A stretch of DNA of 63,251 bases, counting the filler, from Octopus bimaculoides (lineage: Eukaryota), in NCBI RefSeq assembly GCF_001194135.2. It is 6 parts of 5 records of this genome, joined end to end, with 100 filler letters (N's around TTAATTAATTAA, not from the genome) between each part and the next. Parts side by side here need not be neighbours in the genome. Positions count along the whole stretch, not along the records: positions 27,207 to 43,683 come from NC_069003.1; positions 43,784 to 54,796 come from NC_069009.1; 4 more parts are not named here. One strand, 5' to 3'. A program made the translations under genes and the position numbers. Below the pieces are notes generated by a model. That model did no database searches and was not told where the DNA came from. It saw only the letters and a program-made list of their open reading frames with translations. This document shows positions 40,692 to 52,066 of this stretch, piece after piece. Every line of letters begins with the position of its first letter. Position 1 is the stretch's first letter.

Positions 40692-41378
40692 TCTTCCTAC
40701 TATAAGCAGAAGGCTTGAAATTTTGGTGGAGGGGCTATATCAATTACATCGACCCTGAAAGGATGAAAGACAAAATCGTCCTCGGAATTTGAACTCAGGA
40801 CCTAAAGATGAACAAAATGCCATTAAGCATTTTATGATACTGATGATGATGATGATGATGACGATGATGATGATGATGATAATAATAATAATAATAATCC
40901 TTTCTTCTGGAAGCACAAGGCCTCAATTTCAAATTTGGGGGAAGGGATTAAGTTGATTACATCAACCCCAGTGCATAACTAGTACTTATTTAATCAACTT
41001 TGAAAGGATGAAAGACAAAGTTGACCCCGGCAGAATTTGAACTCAGAACATAGAGGCAGACGAAATACTGCCAAAGCAGTTCACCTGGCGTGCTAACGAT
41101 TCTGCCAGCTTGCCACCTTATGATGATGATGATGATGATGATGATAATAATAACTGTTTCAAATTTTGGCACATGGCCAACAAGTTCAGGGNNNNNNNNN
41201 NNNNNGGGGGTAAGCTGATTACATTGACCCCAGTATTCAACTGATATTTATTTTGTCAACCCCAAAAGGATGAAAGGCAAAGTTGACCTCAGTGGAGTTT
41301 GAACTCAGAGCCTGAAGACAGATGAAATGCAGCTAAGCATTTTACATGGTGTGCTAATGATTCTGCCAGCTTACTGCC

Positions 41379-41390
<12 letters not shown>
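40540..41390 (-). mobile_element. Array of four head-to-tail family B SINEs separated by (AAT)n/(GAT)n
   Basis: Four AAAGT(C/T)GACC or AAAATCGTCC..GAATTTGAAC motifs, all on the same strand. Confidence 0.85.
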
Positions 41391-41424
<34 letters not shown>

Positions 41425-41889
41425 TAACAATAACAATAACAATAACAATAACAATAATAACAATAACAATAACAATAACAATAACAATAATAATAATAAT
41501 AATAATAATACACTTTGATCTTAGTAAGGAAATTCATTTTGTTTCCTACAGTTATACAATACAATGTTTAAATTGAATTAGTTTCTATGTGTGAAAGAGA
41601 TTCTCAGGTTACATAATATTGTAAGTTAAGATTCCTCTATTGTCAACCAAACTTACTGATGTTTTGTAAACTTGACGTAAACGATAGCTGTGACATTGTG
41701 TGAAAGGATCAAACAGATATAGGGATACATGAGGTGGTGGTGGTGGTTATGGTGTTGGGGGGTGGGAGGGGGAAAGATAAGTGAGGTGTTAAAGTATAGT
41801 GTCATGCTGATGGAATTAGATACAAGTGTGAGGAACTCTCTGACTGGCATGGTGTGTTTGTAATTCAATGCAGCTATTAAGATTTCTGA

Positions 41890-42060
41890 TCCGACATGTC
41901 GCATCGCATCACGTTCGCAGTTTGCTGCTATATTGCTATATTTTTGCTGTATTTGACGTAGATACTGCAGCAGATTGCGTACTTCCTGAAAATTAGTGAG
42001 TCACGCAGACTATGTCGTCTTAGAAACGTCCCAGGACATTGAAGTGTGCTTGCGATGATA
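41890..42060. promoter_or_regulatory. Small CpG-retaining island; candidate promoter or enhancer
   Basis: Dense CG dinucleotides in unique sequence inside a CpG-poor domain. Contains TGACGT, ACTTCCTG (ETS-like) and TGAGTCA (AP-1-like). Confidence 0.35.
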
Positions 42061-42171
42061 GTGAAGAAACCTTTTTCCTTTTCTTTTTTTTTTCCTTTTT
42101 CTTTTTTTTTTTTTTCCTTTTTCTTTTTTTATTTTGACACCAGAAATCCTATCAGCAAAATATATTTTAGC

Positions 42172-42194
<23 letters not shown>

Positions 42195-42207
<13 letters not shown>

Positions 42208-42427
42208 TTTCAAATTTTGCCACAAGGGCAACAATTTTGGTGGGTGGAGGGGATAAGTCAATTACATCGACCCCATCCCCAGTGTTCAACTGGTATTTAT
42301 TTAATCAACCCAGAAAGGATGAAAGGTGAAGTTGACCTCAGTGGAATTTGAACTCAGAATGTAGCGACAGGCGAAATACTGTTAAGCATCTCACCTGGCA
42401 TTCTAACGATTCTGCCAGTTCACCACC

Positions 42428-42430
<3 letters not shown>
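42195..42430 (-). mobile_element. SINE family B, tail type ii, embedded in (AAT)n
   Basis: (AAT)n on both sides. Confidence 0.85.
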
Positions 42431-42478
<48 letters not shown>

Positions 42479-42965
42479 TGGGTTAGGATGGGTGTTAAGC
42501 ACAACACGGATGTGAATGCGTAATGAAAATCTCTTCTTGCTGCAATCTGAAACCAACTTTAACTGTGTCGCCAATGTTCTGGTAAAGATTCCGGTGAGGG
42601 TGATTTGAAGGAGGCAGAGGACCTACATTAGTAAAGTATCCATAAATTCCCATCCTCCTCCCCACTCCCAGGTATCAACAATCTTTTCTCTAATTTCTTC
42701 ACCCATCTCCACTTTCTCAGAAACATCTCTCTACTACAGTGTCTCTGCAGAAAATGTAATATCCCAACACCTGTTAAATGGCAAGTGAAGCAACACCTGT
42801 AACTGATTATTGTCATGGCTGTGACTGCTACTAGTCTGTCTATTACAGATAAGAAACAATTATCTTTCATCTCTAATGAGGGCAGCAGATTAGCAGTATA
42901 GGGCAGTCAGAGCACTGAAACACAGCCTTGTTTTGTTTTTTTGTTGTTTTTTTTATGTTATCATG

Positions 42966-43330
42966 AGCAGGTGTGGCTGTGTGGTAAGACATTGCCATCT
43001 CGAATACATGGTTCTAGGCTCAGTCCCACTGTGGGACACTTTGGCCAAGTGTCTTCTGCTATAGCTTCAGGCTGACCAAAGCTTTGCAAGTGGATTCGGT
43101 AGATGGAAATTGAAAGAAGCCGATCACGTATGTGTGTGTGTGTGTGTGTGTTTGTCCCCCACTACTGCTTAACAGCTGGTGTTGGTTTATTTACATCCCC
43201 ATAACTTGGTGGTTTGGCAAATAAGTACCAAGCTTAAAAAAATAACTACTGGGTCAATTTCTCCGACTAGAATTTTTCAAGGCAGTGCTCCAGCATGGCT
43301 GCAGTCTAATGATTGAAACCAGTAGATGCA
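42966..43330 (+). mobile_element. SINE family A, full length, CpG-decayed
   Basis: Head to GCTCCAGCATGGCTGCAGTCTAATGATTGAAAC tail. Confidence 0.85.
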
Positions 43331-44089
43331 TTTAATTTATGAGCATTTGTTGTGGTCTAATGTCACTGAAACTTTCCGATACCCCACAGAATGCAAAAGA
43401 ACTAATAGTTCAACTAATGACTTTTCAGATGATGTAAAGCTTGCCACCATTATATACTAAGAAGATATTTTAACCATTTTTTGTTTTTTATGTGTGCATG
43501 GTAGTCTCATTTTCGTAAAATGTGCTCAGCAGTCCATGCTACGTAAGTGCAAATCCCAGCACTTAATGGGTTAATGTTGTACAACAGACATGTCCATCCA
43601 TACACTGGCCAGTGTGTGTGTGTGTGTGTGGTGGAGGAGATACATTAAAATACGGTCAATGAATTATCTTTTTTCAGTGCTAGNNNNNNNNNNNNNNNNN
43701 NNNNNNNNNNNNNNNNNNNNNNNNNNNTTAATTAATTAANNNNNNNNNNNNNNNNNNNNNNNNNNNNNNNNNNNNNNNNNNNNTCAGTCACCATGTCAGA
43801 TATAAATAGAGAGAGAGAGAGAGAATAAAGAGGTGGGGAAGAAGAGAGCAAAAAAAAATGAGGAGGATGACGATGATGGTAGAAGGGATGGAGGAAGAAT
43901 GGAAAAGGGATGATTTTGCAGATGAGTAAAAGTGGACTAGAAGAGGTTTAAGTAGAAAAAGAAGAAGAAGAAGAAGTGTATAGAGAATTCTTGAGTGGAC
44001 AGAGGTAACCAGCCGAATTGTTTGCAAACTTTGCAAGTAATTCTCTGATAATTATACACATATGCAAGCATACATACACACGCAAGCAT

Positions 44090-44375
44090 TGATCATAGGT
44101 TTGCTGGATCGGGACTGACCTGGGGCTAAAAAAAACATCTCCTATAGCCACTGATACCAGTCACATATGGAACATCTTTGATTATATATCTGGTTGATCA
44201 GGATTGACCTGGGGTTATAAAACAACTGCTATAACATCCAATACTAACTGCTATACTATACATTCGATGATGTAGTCCTAGATACACTATGTCTGAATAA
44301 AAGATGGGATGGTCACATCTGGAACATCTTTGATCATAGGTCAGATGGTTAAGAACTGATCTCAGGCCAAGTACC
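44090..44375 (-). repeat. Three tandem degenerate copies of a short dispersed repeat
   Basis: The TTGATCATAGGT..GATC.GGA.TGACCTGGGG unit occurs three times. Related copies lie near 37295-37350 and 40295-40390. Confidence 0.6.
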
Positions 44376-44447
44376 AACAACAACAACACCAATCATTATA
44401 AACCCCTCTCTGTAACCCTATTGACCCTTTTCACTTTGTCCTTTCAG

Positions 44448-44552
44448 AGTACCCCAGGACCAGCTGAGTACATCATGAAAAGCCAGTTTGATTCAGCCGT
44501 GAAACAGGACTCACCGATTACAGAACATCCACCATTCTATAGTCAAGCAAAG
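44448..44552 (+). CDS. STPG2: Internal exon of a sperm-tail PG-rich repeat (SHIPPO-repeat) protein, STPG2-like
   Basis: Acceptor tttgtcctttcag, donor AAG|gtaagt, 105 nt, phase 0-0. Reads STPGPAEYIMKSQFDSAVKQDSPITEHPPFYSQAK and splices in frame to the next exon (PPF.S.AK|RF motif). Confidence 0.9.
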
Positions 44553-44933
44553 GTAAGTATTGAACTCACTTATTTTGTTCCCTTATTGACGGCAAAGGTG
44601 CATGGCCTCGTGGTTAGGAGGTTGGACTTATGGTCATAACATCAAGGTTTTTCAATTCCCAAAATGAGTGATGTGTTGTGTTCATGTGCAGACTTTTTTT
44701 CATTTCACATTGATCCAGTTCATGCAGCTATTGGGTTCTGCTTATGAAACTCAGGGCTAATGACAAACATAACTATATATCTCTCTCTTCCTTTGTGTGT
44801 GTGTGTGTGTATTAAACTGTACAGTATTATAAATCCATTGTAGCTGATCTTACCAATTGGTTTCACACTAAGCGTTCAGCGGAGTGTTAGATAATAGACT
44901 AATTATGTAACCTTGTGCTCTTCAGAAGTAACC

Positions 44934-44969
<36 letters not shown>

Positions 44970-46029
44970 AGTAAAAATAAATACAAAAAAAGGGGTTTTG
45001 TATGATTGTGTATAGAGGAATATATTATTTTGTTTAAAAGAGTTCCAACACTGTCTGTTTTTTATGTTTTATTTATATTCCTGCAAAACCAATGTGGGAT
45101 ATAGAATATGGAATATACAATATATAATATAATATACAATATATAATATAAAATAAAAATGGATGGTACATCATCATCATCATCATNNNNNNNNNNNNNN
45201 NNNNNNNNNNNNNNNNNNNNNNNNNNNNNNNNNNNNNNNNNNNNNNNNNNNNNNNNNNNNATATGGAATATGTCTTATTGAATAGATGAAATATTGAGTG
45301 TTCAATATAAAGGATTAAATATATAAAGGCGAATACGTATTTTCTATACCTTGTGGTATTTCATCATGGCCAGTATGACAGACTTTAACAGACATATACA
45401 TATAAATTTGACATGGGCAATTCTTTTTTGCCTCGGGACTCACGGTCAAACGGTTGGGTGGAATTGCGTGAAAAATTACACAGATGTGTAGAATGATCCG
45501 GTGGTGATGCTGGGCTTTGCATTTGTTTCATAGCTTCCATGGTTACTGAGATAATCTACTATAATAATACTCTTCTGTTTATGAATGAGAAAAGAAGGGA
45601 TGATAGAGGAATAAGGAAGGAAGGGATGATGTCATACTTGGTAATGGGATGATGAAAATTGTACGCTGAAAAAATAAATCAAACAGCGTTTCAACTCTGT
45701 GTGAATATATGTGTGTATGTAAAAGGGTGGGGTATGTGAATATGTGGGTTTGTGTGTGCACGCGCAATGGAAGTGGGATGGTTCTTCTTTGTTTGCTTAG
45801 TATTTGGATTTATTTTTTGATTTGGTTGAATATAGGTTGGTTTTTTTTTTTCGTTGGTCAGTTATTTTTAGCATTTTGACAGAAAATTGTCATTCTAAAA
45901 TTATTTAATGTAAGCATGCCCGAACAAGTCAAATGCGTACACTGAGCATGCCCAAACAAGTCGAATGCTTGCACAGGTTTTATAGCCACATCATCCAAAT
46001 CAACTGGGTGAAACTGGGCTTAACTGCTA

Positions 46030-46075
<46 letters not shown>

Positions 46076-46288
46076 NNNNNNNNNNNNNNNNNNNNNNNNN
46101 NNNNNNNNNNNNNNNNNNNNNNNNNNNNNNNNNNNNNNNNNNNNNNNNNNNNNNNNNNNNNNNNNNNNNNNNNNNNNNNNNNNNNNNNNNNNNNNNNNNN
46201 NNNNNNNNNNNNNNNNNNNNNNNNNNNNNNNNNNNNNNNNNNNNNNNNNNNNNNNNNNNNNNNNNNNNNNNNNNNNNNNNATTCGTTA

Positions 46289-46437
46289 ATATTTATATAA
46301 AGGGCATTATTACAGAAAAATAACAACGCCACACAGTGGACTTCTCAAAATAACCTTAGGTACTAAATGTGGTTATTTTGAGAAGTCCACTGTGTGGCGT
46401 TGTTATTTTTCTGTAATAATGCCCTTTATATAAATAT
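46289..46437. repeat. Perfect inverted repeat: 67-bp arms, 15-nt loop; MITE-like, in a (TA)n context
   Basis: 46289-46355 is the exact reverse complement of 46371-46437. Confidence 0.95.
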
Positions 46438-46770
46438 ATTTATATATATATATATTCACCCATCTACCCACTTATCCACTCTACCATTCATTGACTCGTC
46501 CATCCATCCAGTCACTTATCCATCTATCCAGCTACCCCCTGCATCCAGCCACCCCTCCATTCACCCATCCACCATCTATAGTAAAAACTAGAGTACAAGG
46601 CAATAAAGCAGAATTGAATCCAAAACCAGACTGCATGCCCCTTTGAACATAGACATATAACAACATACATAATGCTTTCTTATAGAAAAACCAACACCAC
46701 ACAAACACAAGCAGACCAGTAACAACAGTGAGACTTCATAGCAATCATCTTTCTTTGCTTCTCTTTCTAG

Positions 46771-46930
46771 CGCTTCACTAAACTCGTGAACACAAATCCT
46801 GCTCCAGGATTATACAACGATCCCAGATGTGCACTTGAAAGGATCAAAAAGACCACTGGCATAAAAATGAGCCCATTTGGTCAAACCTCTGTTCGGTTCC
46901 AGAATGACATAGAAGCTAAACTATTACCTG
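46771..46930 (+). CDS. STPG2: Internal exon of the STPG2-like gene
   Basis: Acceptor ctctttctag, donor CTG|gtatgt, 160 nt, phase 0-1. Reads RFTKLVNTNPAPGLYNDPRCALERIKKTTGIKMSPFGQTSVRFQNDIEAKLLPG. This closely matches my recollection of the STPG2 segment PAPG.YN.PR.AL..KK..GLK..PFGQ..VRF. Confidence 0.9.
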
Positions 46931-47194
46931 GTATGTGTCTCACTTCAATGTTTCTATCTGTTTCTTTTTCTTTTTTAGATTATATTTTTTTTTGCGTTTG
47001 TTTTCTTTATTGTTTTTGTTATTGTTTATTGTTCCTTCAGTTGTCTTTGCTTTTTTGTGTATATTTTGGGAACATATATATATATATGTCAAAACCATAA
47101 TGCTGTATATATTAGGATGATAGGCATATATAGGAGGCGCATGGTTCTAGATAAAGAAAGAAGAGAGAGAGAGAATGGAAGTAGATGAATAAAA

Positions 47195-47370
47195 GAAAAA
47201 ATGCTAGACGAAAGAAGGAGAGAAAGAAAGAAGGAGAGAAAGAAGGAAGGAGAGAAAGAAAGAAGAAGAGAAAGAAAGAAGGAGAGAAAGAAAGAAAGGA
47301 GAGAAAGAAAGAAGGAGAGAAAGAAAGGAGGAGAGAAAGAAAGAAGGAGAGAAAGAAAGGAGAGAAAGAT
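47195..47370. repeat. Purine-only compound repeat (GAAAGAAAGAAGGAGA-type units)
   Basis: Seen directly. Confidence 0.9.
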
Positions 47371-47394
47371 GATGATAATAATAATAATAATAAT

Positions 47395-47550
47395 GGTTTT
47401 AAATTTTGCCACAAGGGCAGCAATTTTGGGAGCGTGGATGAGTCAATTATGTCGACTCTAGTGTGGAATTGGATCTCAAAATGTAAAGATGGATAAAATG
47501 CTGCCAAGCATTTTGTCCGGTATGCTAATGATTCTGGCAGTTCACTGTCT
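47395..47550 (-). mobile_element. SINE family B, tail type ii, between (AAT)n tracts
   Basis: GGTTTTAAATTTTGCCACAAGGGCAGCAATTTTGGG tail. Confidence 0.8.
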
Positions 47551-47552
47551 CA

Positions 47553-47595
<43 letters not shown>

Positions 47596-47596
<1 letters not shown>

Positions 47597-47956
47597 GAGC
47601 ATTCTGAGAGTTCAAACCTCCGCCAAGGCAACACCAATGTCCTCTCAATGATTAACTAAAGATGATTTTTAAAATGAGAATATCTGAAATAAACTCGACT
47701 GCTCTCAGAAATGAGAATAATAAAAATGAACCTGACTGCTCACAAAAATTAAGTAAAAAGCAGGAAAAATAATCCAGTATTCTTGTTGGGTAGCAGATTG
47801 ATCCCAGAATCTAATCAGATTGTGCCAGTCATGAGGCTAAACATCCCTGAAAGTTTCATCCGAATCCATCCAGCGGTTCTTGAGATATCTTGTCCATGGA
47901 CAAACAAACAAATACAACTGAAAACAATACCTCTGCCTTAGCAAAAGCGGAGGTAA
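47596..47956 (+). mobile_element. Non-autonomous Helentron/DINE-1-like element
   Basis: Subterminal ACCTCCGCC is inverted against 3' GCGGAGGT. Terminal hairpin TACCTCTGCCTTAGCAAAAGCGGAGGTA, short (CAAA)n, inserted in (AAT)n. Confidence 0.45.
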
Positions 47957-50900
47957 TAATAATATTAATAATGACAACAATTATCATAATAATAATGATA
48001 ATTAATTCTGGTTTTATTGGCCACAAGGTCTAATGTAAGTCAAAAACATCAAAGGACAAAGACAGGATGATAAAAACAAAAGAAAAGTCTACACAACAAC
48101 AACAACAACAACAGGGAAACTGTTCCCCTGAAGTCCATTCCACCCCTCACAAAATCCCCTCAGCTACATTATACATCCTCCACCAGATTGCACCACCACA
48201 GTTTTACAGACGAAGAAGAAGAAAAAAAATGCGACAACAGAGAAGAAAGTTAAAGAAATTGTAATATAGACAAAAGAAAAGTATAACAAAAATTATTTTT
48301 TAAATGTATATATGGAGCAAATAAAAAAAAAATACGAAAATAAATATAAAAGTTTTGTGATGTTGGGCAGACAAGTGGTGGGGGTGGGAACTATAAAAAA
48401 ATTAAAAAATCTCGGCAGCACCGCAGAAATAAATAAAGAAAGGAAATATGGTTATGTCGGCGTCTCTCTTCAGAATGACAAAAGCAAGGAAATATTCCCT
48501 TTAAAAACAGTGAAAAAAAACCCCTAATGTTCTTAGCTCCGACTCCTTAACCCTATTCGACTGTATGCGAAAAATAGATAAAATAAATTTTCGAAAAAAT
48601 ATAAATAATATGGAGTTATTGGTTAATCCCGAATTCCAAATAAATGAAGAAAGAATGGAGAGGCCTTGCTAAACCACATCAAAAGGTGGTGGTGGTCGTG
48701 GTGTGGATTGGAGGGGGGGGGGGTTGTGTGTATGCGTGAGCACTAGCTGGGGTTGTCGGTTCATTTCACTTTGAGTTGGTTTTATATATGTATGTATTAT
48801 GTATGTTTGAATGTATATATATGTATGTATATATATNNNNNNNNNNNNNNNNNNNNNNNNNNNNNNNNNNNNNNNNNNNNNNNNNNNNNNNNNNNNNNNN
48901 NNNNNNNNNNNNNNNNNNNNNNNNNNNNNNNNNNNNNNNNNNNNNNNNNNNNNNNNNNNNNNNNNNNNNNNNNNNNNNNNNNNNNNNNNNNNNNNNNNNN
49001 NNNNNNNNNNNNNNNNNNNNNNNNNNNNNNNNNNNNNNNNNNNNNNNNNNNNNNNNNNNNNNNNNNNNNNNNNNNNNNNNNNNNNNNNNNNNNNNNNNNN
49101 NNNNNNNNNNNNNNNNNNNNNNNNNNNNNNNNNNNNNNNNNNNNNNNNNNNNNNNNNNNNNNNNNNNNNNNNNNNNNNNNNNNNNNNNNNNNNNNNNNNN
49201 NNNNNNNNNNNNNNNNNNNNNNNNNNNNNNNNNNNNNNNNNNNNNNNNNNNNNNNNNNNNNNNNNNNNNNNNNNNNNNNNNNNNNNNNNNNNNNNNNNNN
49301 NNNNNNNNNNNNNNNNNNNNNNNNNNNNNNNNNNNNNNNNNNNNNNNNNNNNNNNNNNNNNNNNNNNNNNNNNNNNNNNNNNNNNNNNNNNNNNNNNNNN
49401 NNNNNNNNNNNNNNNNNNNNNNNNNNNNNNNNNNNNNNNNNNNNNNNNNNNNNNNNNNNNNNNNNNNNNNNNNNNNNNNNNNNNNNNNNNNNNNNNNNNN
49501 NNNNNNNNNNNNNNNNNNNNNNNNNNNNNNNNNNNNNNNNNNNNNNNNNNNNNNNNNNNNNNNNNNNNNNNNNNNNNNNNNNNNNNNNNNNNNNNNNNNN
49601 NNNNNNNNNNNNNNNNNNNNNNNNNNNNNNNNNNNNNNNNNNNNNNNNNNNNNNNNNNNNNNNNNNNNNNNNNNNNNNNNNNNNNNNNNNNNNNNNNNNN
49701 NNNNNNATCTTTTCGTATGTCTCTGTTTTTGCCTCCCAGTATGTCTCTCTCTCTCTATTTCTGTCTCTCAGCCTGTCTGTCTCTTTCTCTGTGTCTTGCT
49801 CTCTTTGTCTCTCTTTCCATATAAGTTTCTATCTCTCTCCCTCTCCCTCTCCCTCTCTCTCTCTCTCTCTCCCTCTCTCTCTGAATGCTTTTACATGTCT
49901 GTTTTTCTTCCAGTATGTCTCTCTTTCTCTCTCTCCCTCTCTCCCCATATATGTTTCTATCTCCCTCTCTCTCTCTCTCCCTATATGTCTCTCTATCTCT
50001 GTCTTTCTCCCTACATTGTCGTATCTATCTTTCTCCTGTTATCTAGCTTTCCCTATCTCTCTCTCTCTCTCTTAGTATGCCTCACTCTTTGTCTTTCTCC
50101 CTGTATATATCTTTCTCTCTCTCTCTCTCTCTCTAATATATATATATGTATTATGTATATATCTCTCTCTCCTCTTGCTATATGTCTGTCTCTTTCTCTT
50201 AGTGTCTCTCTTTCTCTGTCTCTCTCTCTCTCTCTCTTTATATATATATATATATATATANNNNNNNNNNNNNNNNNNNNNNNNNNNNNNNNNNNNNNNN
50301 NNNNNNNNNNNNNNNNNNNNNNNNNNNNNNNNNNNNNNNNNNNNNNNNNNNNNNNNNNNNNNNNNNNNNNNNNNNNNNNNNNNNNNNNNNNNNNNNNNNN
50401 NNNNNNNNNNNNNNNNNNNNNNNNNNNNNNNNNNNNNNNNNNNNNNNNNNNNNNNNNNNNNNNNNNNNNNNNNNNNNNNNNNNNNNNNNNNNNNNNNNNN
50501 NNNNNNNNNNNNNNNNNNNNNNNNNNNNNNNNNNNNNNNNNNNNNNNNNNNNNNNNNNNNNNNNNNNNNNNNNNNNNNNNNNNNNNNNNNNNNNNNNNNN
50601 NNNNNNNNNNNNNNNNNNNNNNNNNNNNNNNNNNNNNNNNNNNNNNNNNNNNNNNNNNNNNNNNNNNNNNNNNNNNNNNNNNNNNNNNNNNNNNNNNNNN
50701 NNNNNNNNNNNNNNNNTACCACCCCAGACTGTACTCTATAAAACCACAGATGTAAACCTCTTCTGTGCATGTTTTATTGTGTCCCTTTTTTTTTCTTGCA
50801 AAGGGGTGGATGGGTGGGTAGAGGAGAGGACATGTTTGCTACACATTTTGGAAGGGTTTTTTTTATTTGGTTGGCAAGTGTTTTTTCCTTGTGTATGGCA

Positions 50901-50989
50901 TTCTTTTATCATGCTTTTTGCCCCTCTCTCCTCCTCTCTTCAATATTGTCATCATCATCATCATCATCATAGTTTGTCTCCTGTCTTCA

Positions 50990-51180
50990 TTTACCTTGTT
51001 GTTGTTGTTCTTCCATTTCCTTCTTCTTCTTCCATTTCCTTCTTCTTCCATTTCCTTCTTCTTCTTCCATTTCCTTCTTCTTCTTCTTCTTCTTTTCTTC
51101 CCTTCTTCTTCTTCTTCTTCTTTTTTTCTTCTTCTTTTTCTTCTTCTTCTTCTTCTTCTTCTTCTTCTTCTTCTTCTCTC
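50990..51180. repeat. (TTC)n-rich polypyrimidine tract
   Basis: Seen directly. Confidence 0.95.
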
Positions 51181-51751
51181 CAAAAATAAATGTTGATTAG
51201 GTGGCACAATGGCTAAAGCATCAAAGAAGATGTTTTTGCAGTGTCATCTCTGACTTTACGCCTAAGCAATAACCAACAATATGTTGTGCATGTCTAGTAA
51301 TATTATGATCATGAAATTAGCATTAGCTTCTCTCACTCTTTCTCACGAAACCCTAAGGTTCCGGGGAACCCTGGTTGAGAAACGCTGCTCTAACCAGTGA
51401 GTCACACAACGTATCTAGAGAACTGCAGCTACTAATTTGTGTGCTTTCAATGGTAACACTTTATTTAATATCAGGGGTTTGTGAACAGGGATTTCAGTAC
51501 GCACAGTAACAAGGTGTGATATAATATATGTAGCCTATATATAAGCAGGGCTAATTTAGCTATTTCTCCTTAGATTGAAATAATGATGAGCAACCTCAAT
51601 TGAGTTTCAAACCTTATTAGGGTTTCATCAGAGGTCAGAGGTGTCTATGTCAATTTGACCAATTGCAGAGAAGTAATCCATCTGTCTGTTTCTATACACA
51701 ATAATTACAGTAGCTATAGAAATGGAGCTACTACTGTTCATATCATAAGTG

Positions 51752-52066
51752 TTAACTCTTTATTTAATATCAGGGGCCTCCCATTGGGGATCTCCGTCCA
51801 CACAGTATCAAGGTATGATATGAGGTGTTTAGTAACAGACTGTCGTAAGTTTAGCTCTTTAATATCTTCATTTAATATCAGGAGCCTCTCATTGGGGATC
51901 TCTATCCACACAATATCAAGGTATGGCATGAGGTGTTTAGTAAGACTGTTGTAAGCTTAACTCTTTATTTAATATCAGAGGCCTCTCATTGGGGATCTCT
52001 GTCCAGACAATATCAAGGTATGATATGAAGCGTTTAGTAACAGACTGTCGTAAGCTTAACTCTTTA
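51752..52066. repeat. Three tandem units of about 100-110 bp
   Basis: ATTTAATATCAG..GCCTC.CATTGGGGATCTC..TCCA.ACA.TATCAAGGTATG..ATGA..GTTTAGTAA occurs three times. A more diverged copy lies near 51452-51520. Confidence 0.9.

Noticed and set aside
42500-42900. Minus-strand frame YGYFTNVGPLPPSNHPHRNLYQNIGDTVKVGFRLQQEE
   Set aside because: No matching donor or acceptor and no family recognised.
48753-50770. Longest ORFs in the track (up to 659 aa), and similar ones at 4536-5642, 31047-31476 and 45933-46332
   Set aside because: They run through N gaps and TA/CT microsatellites.
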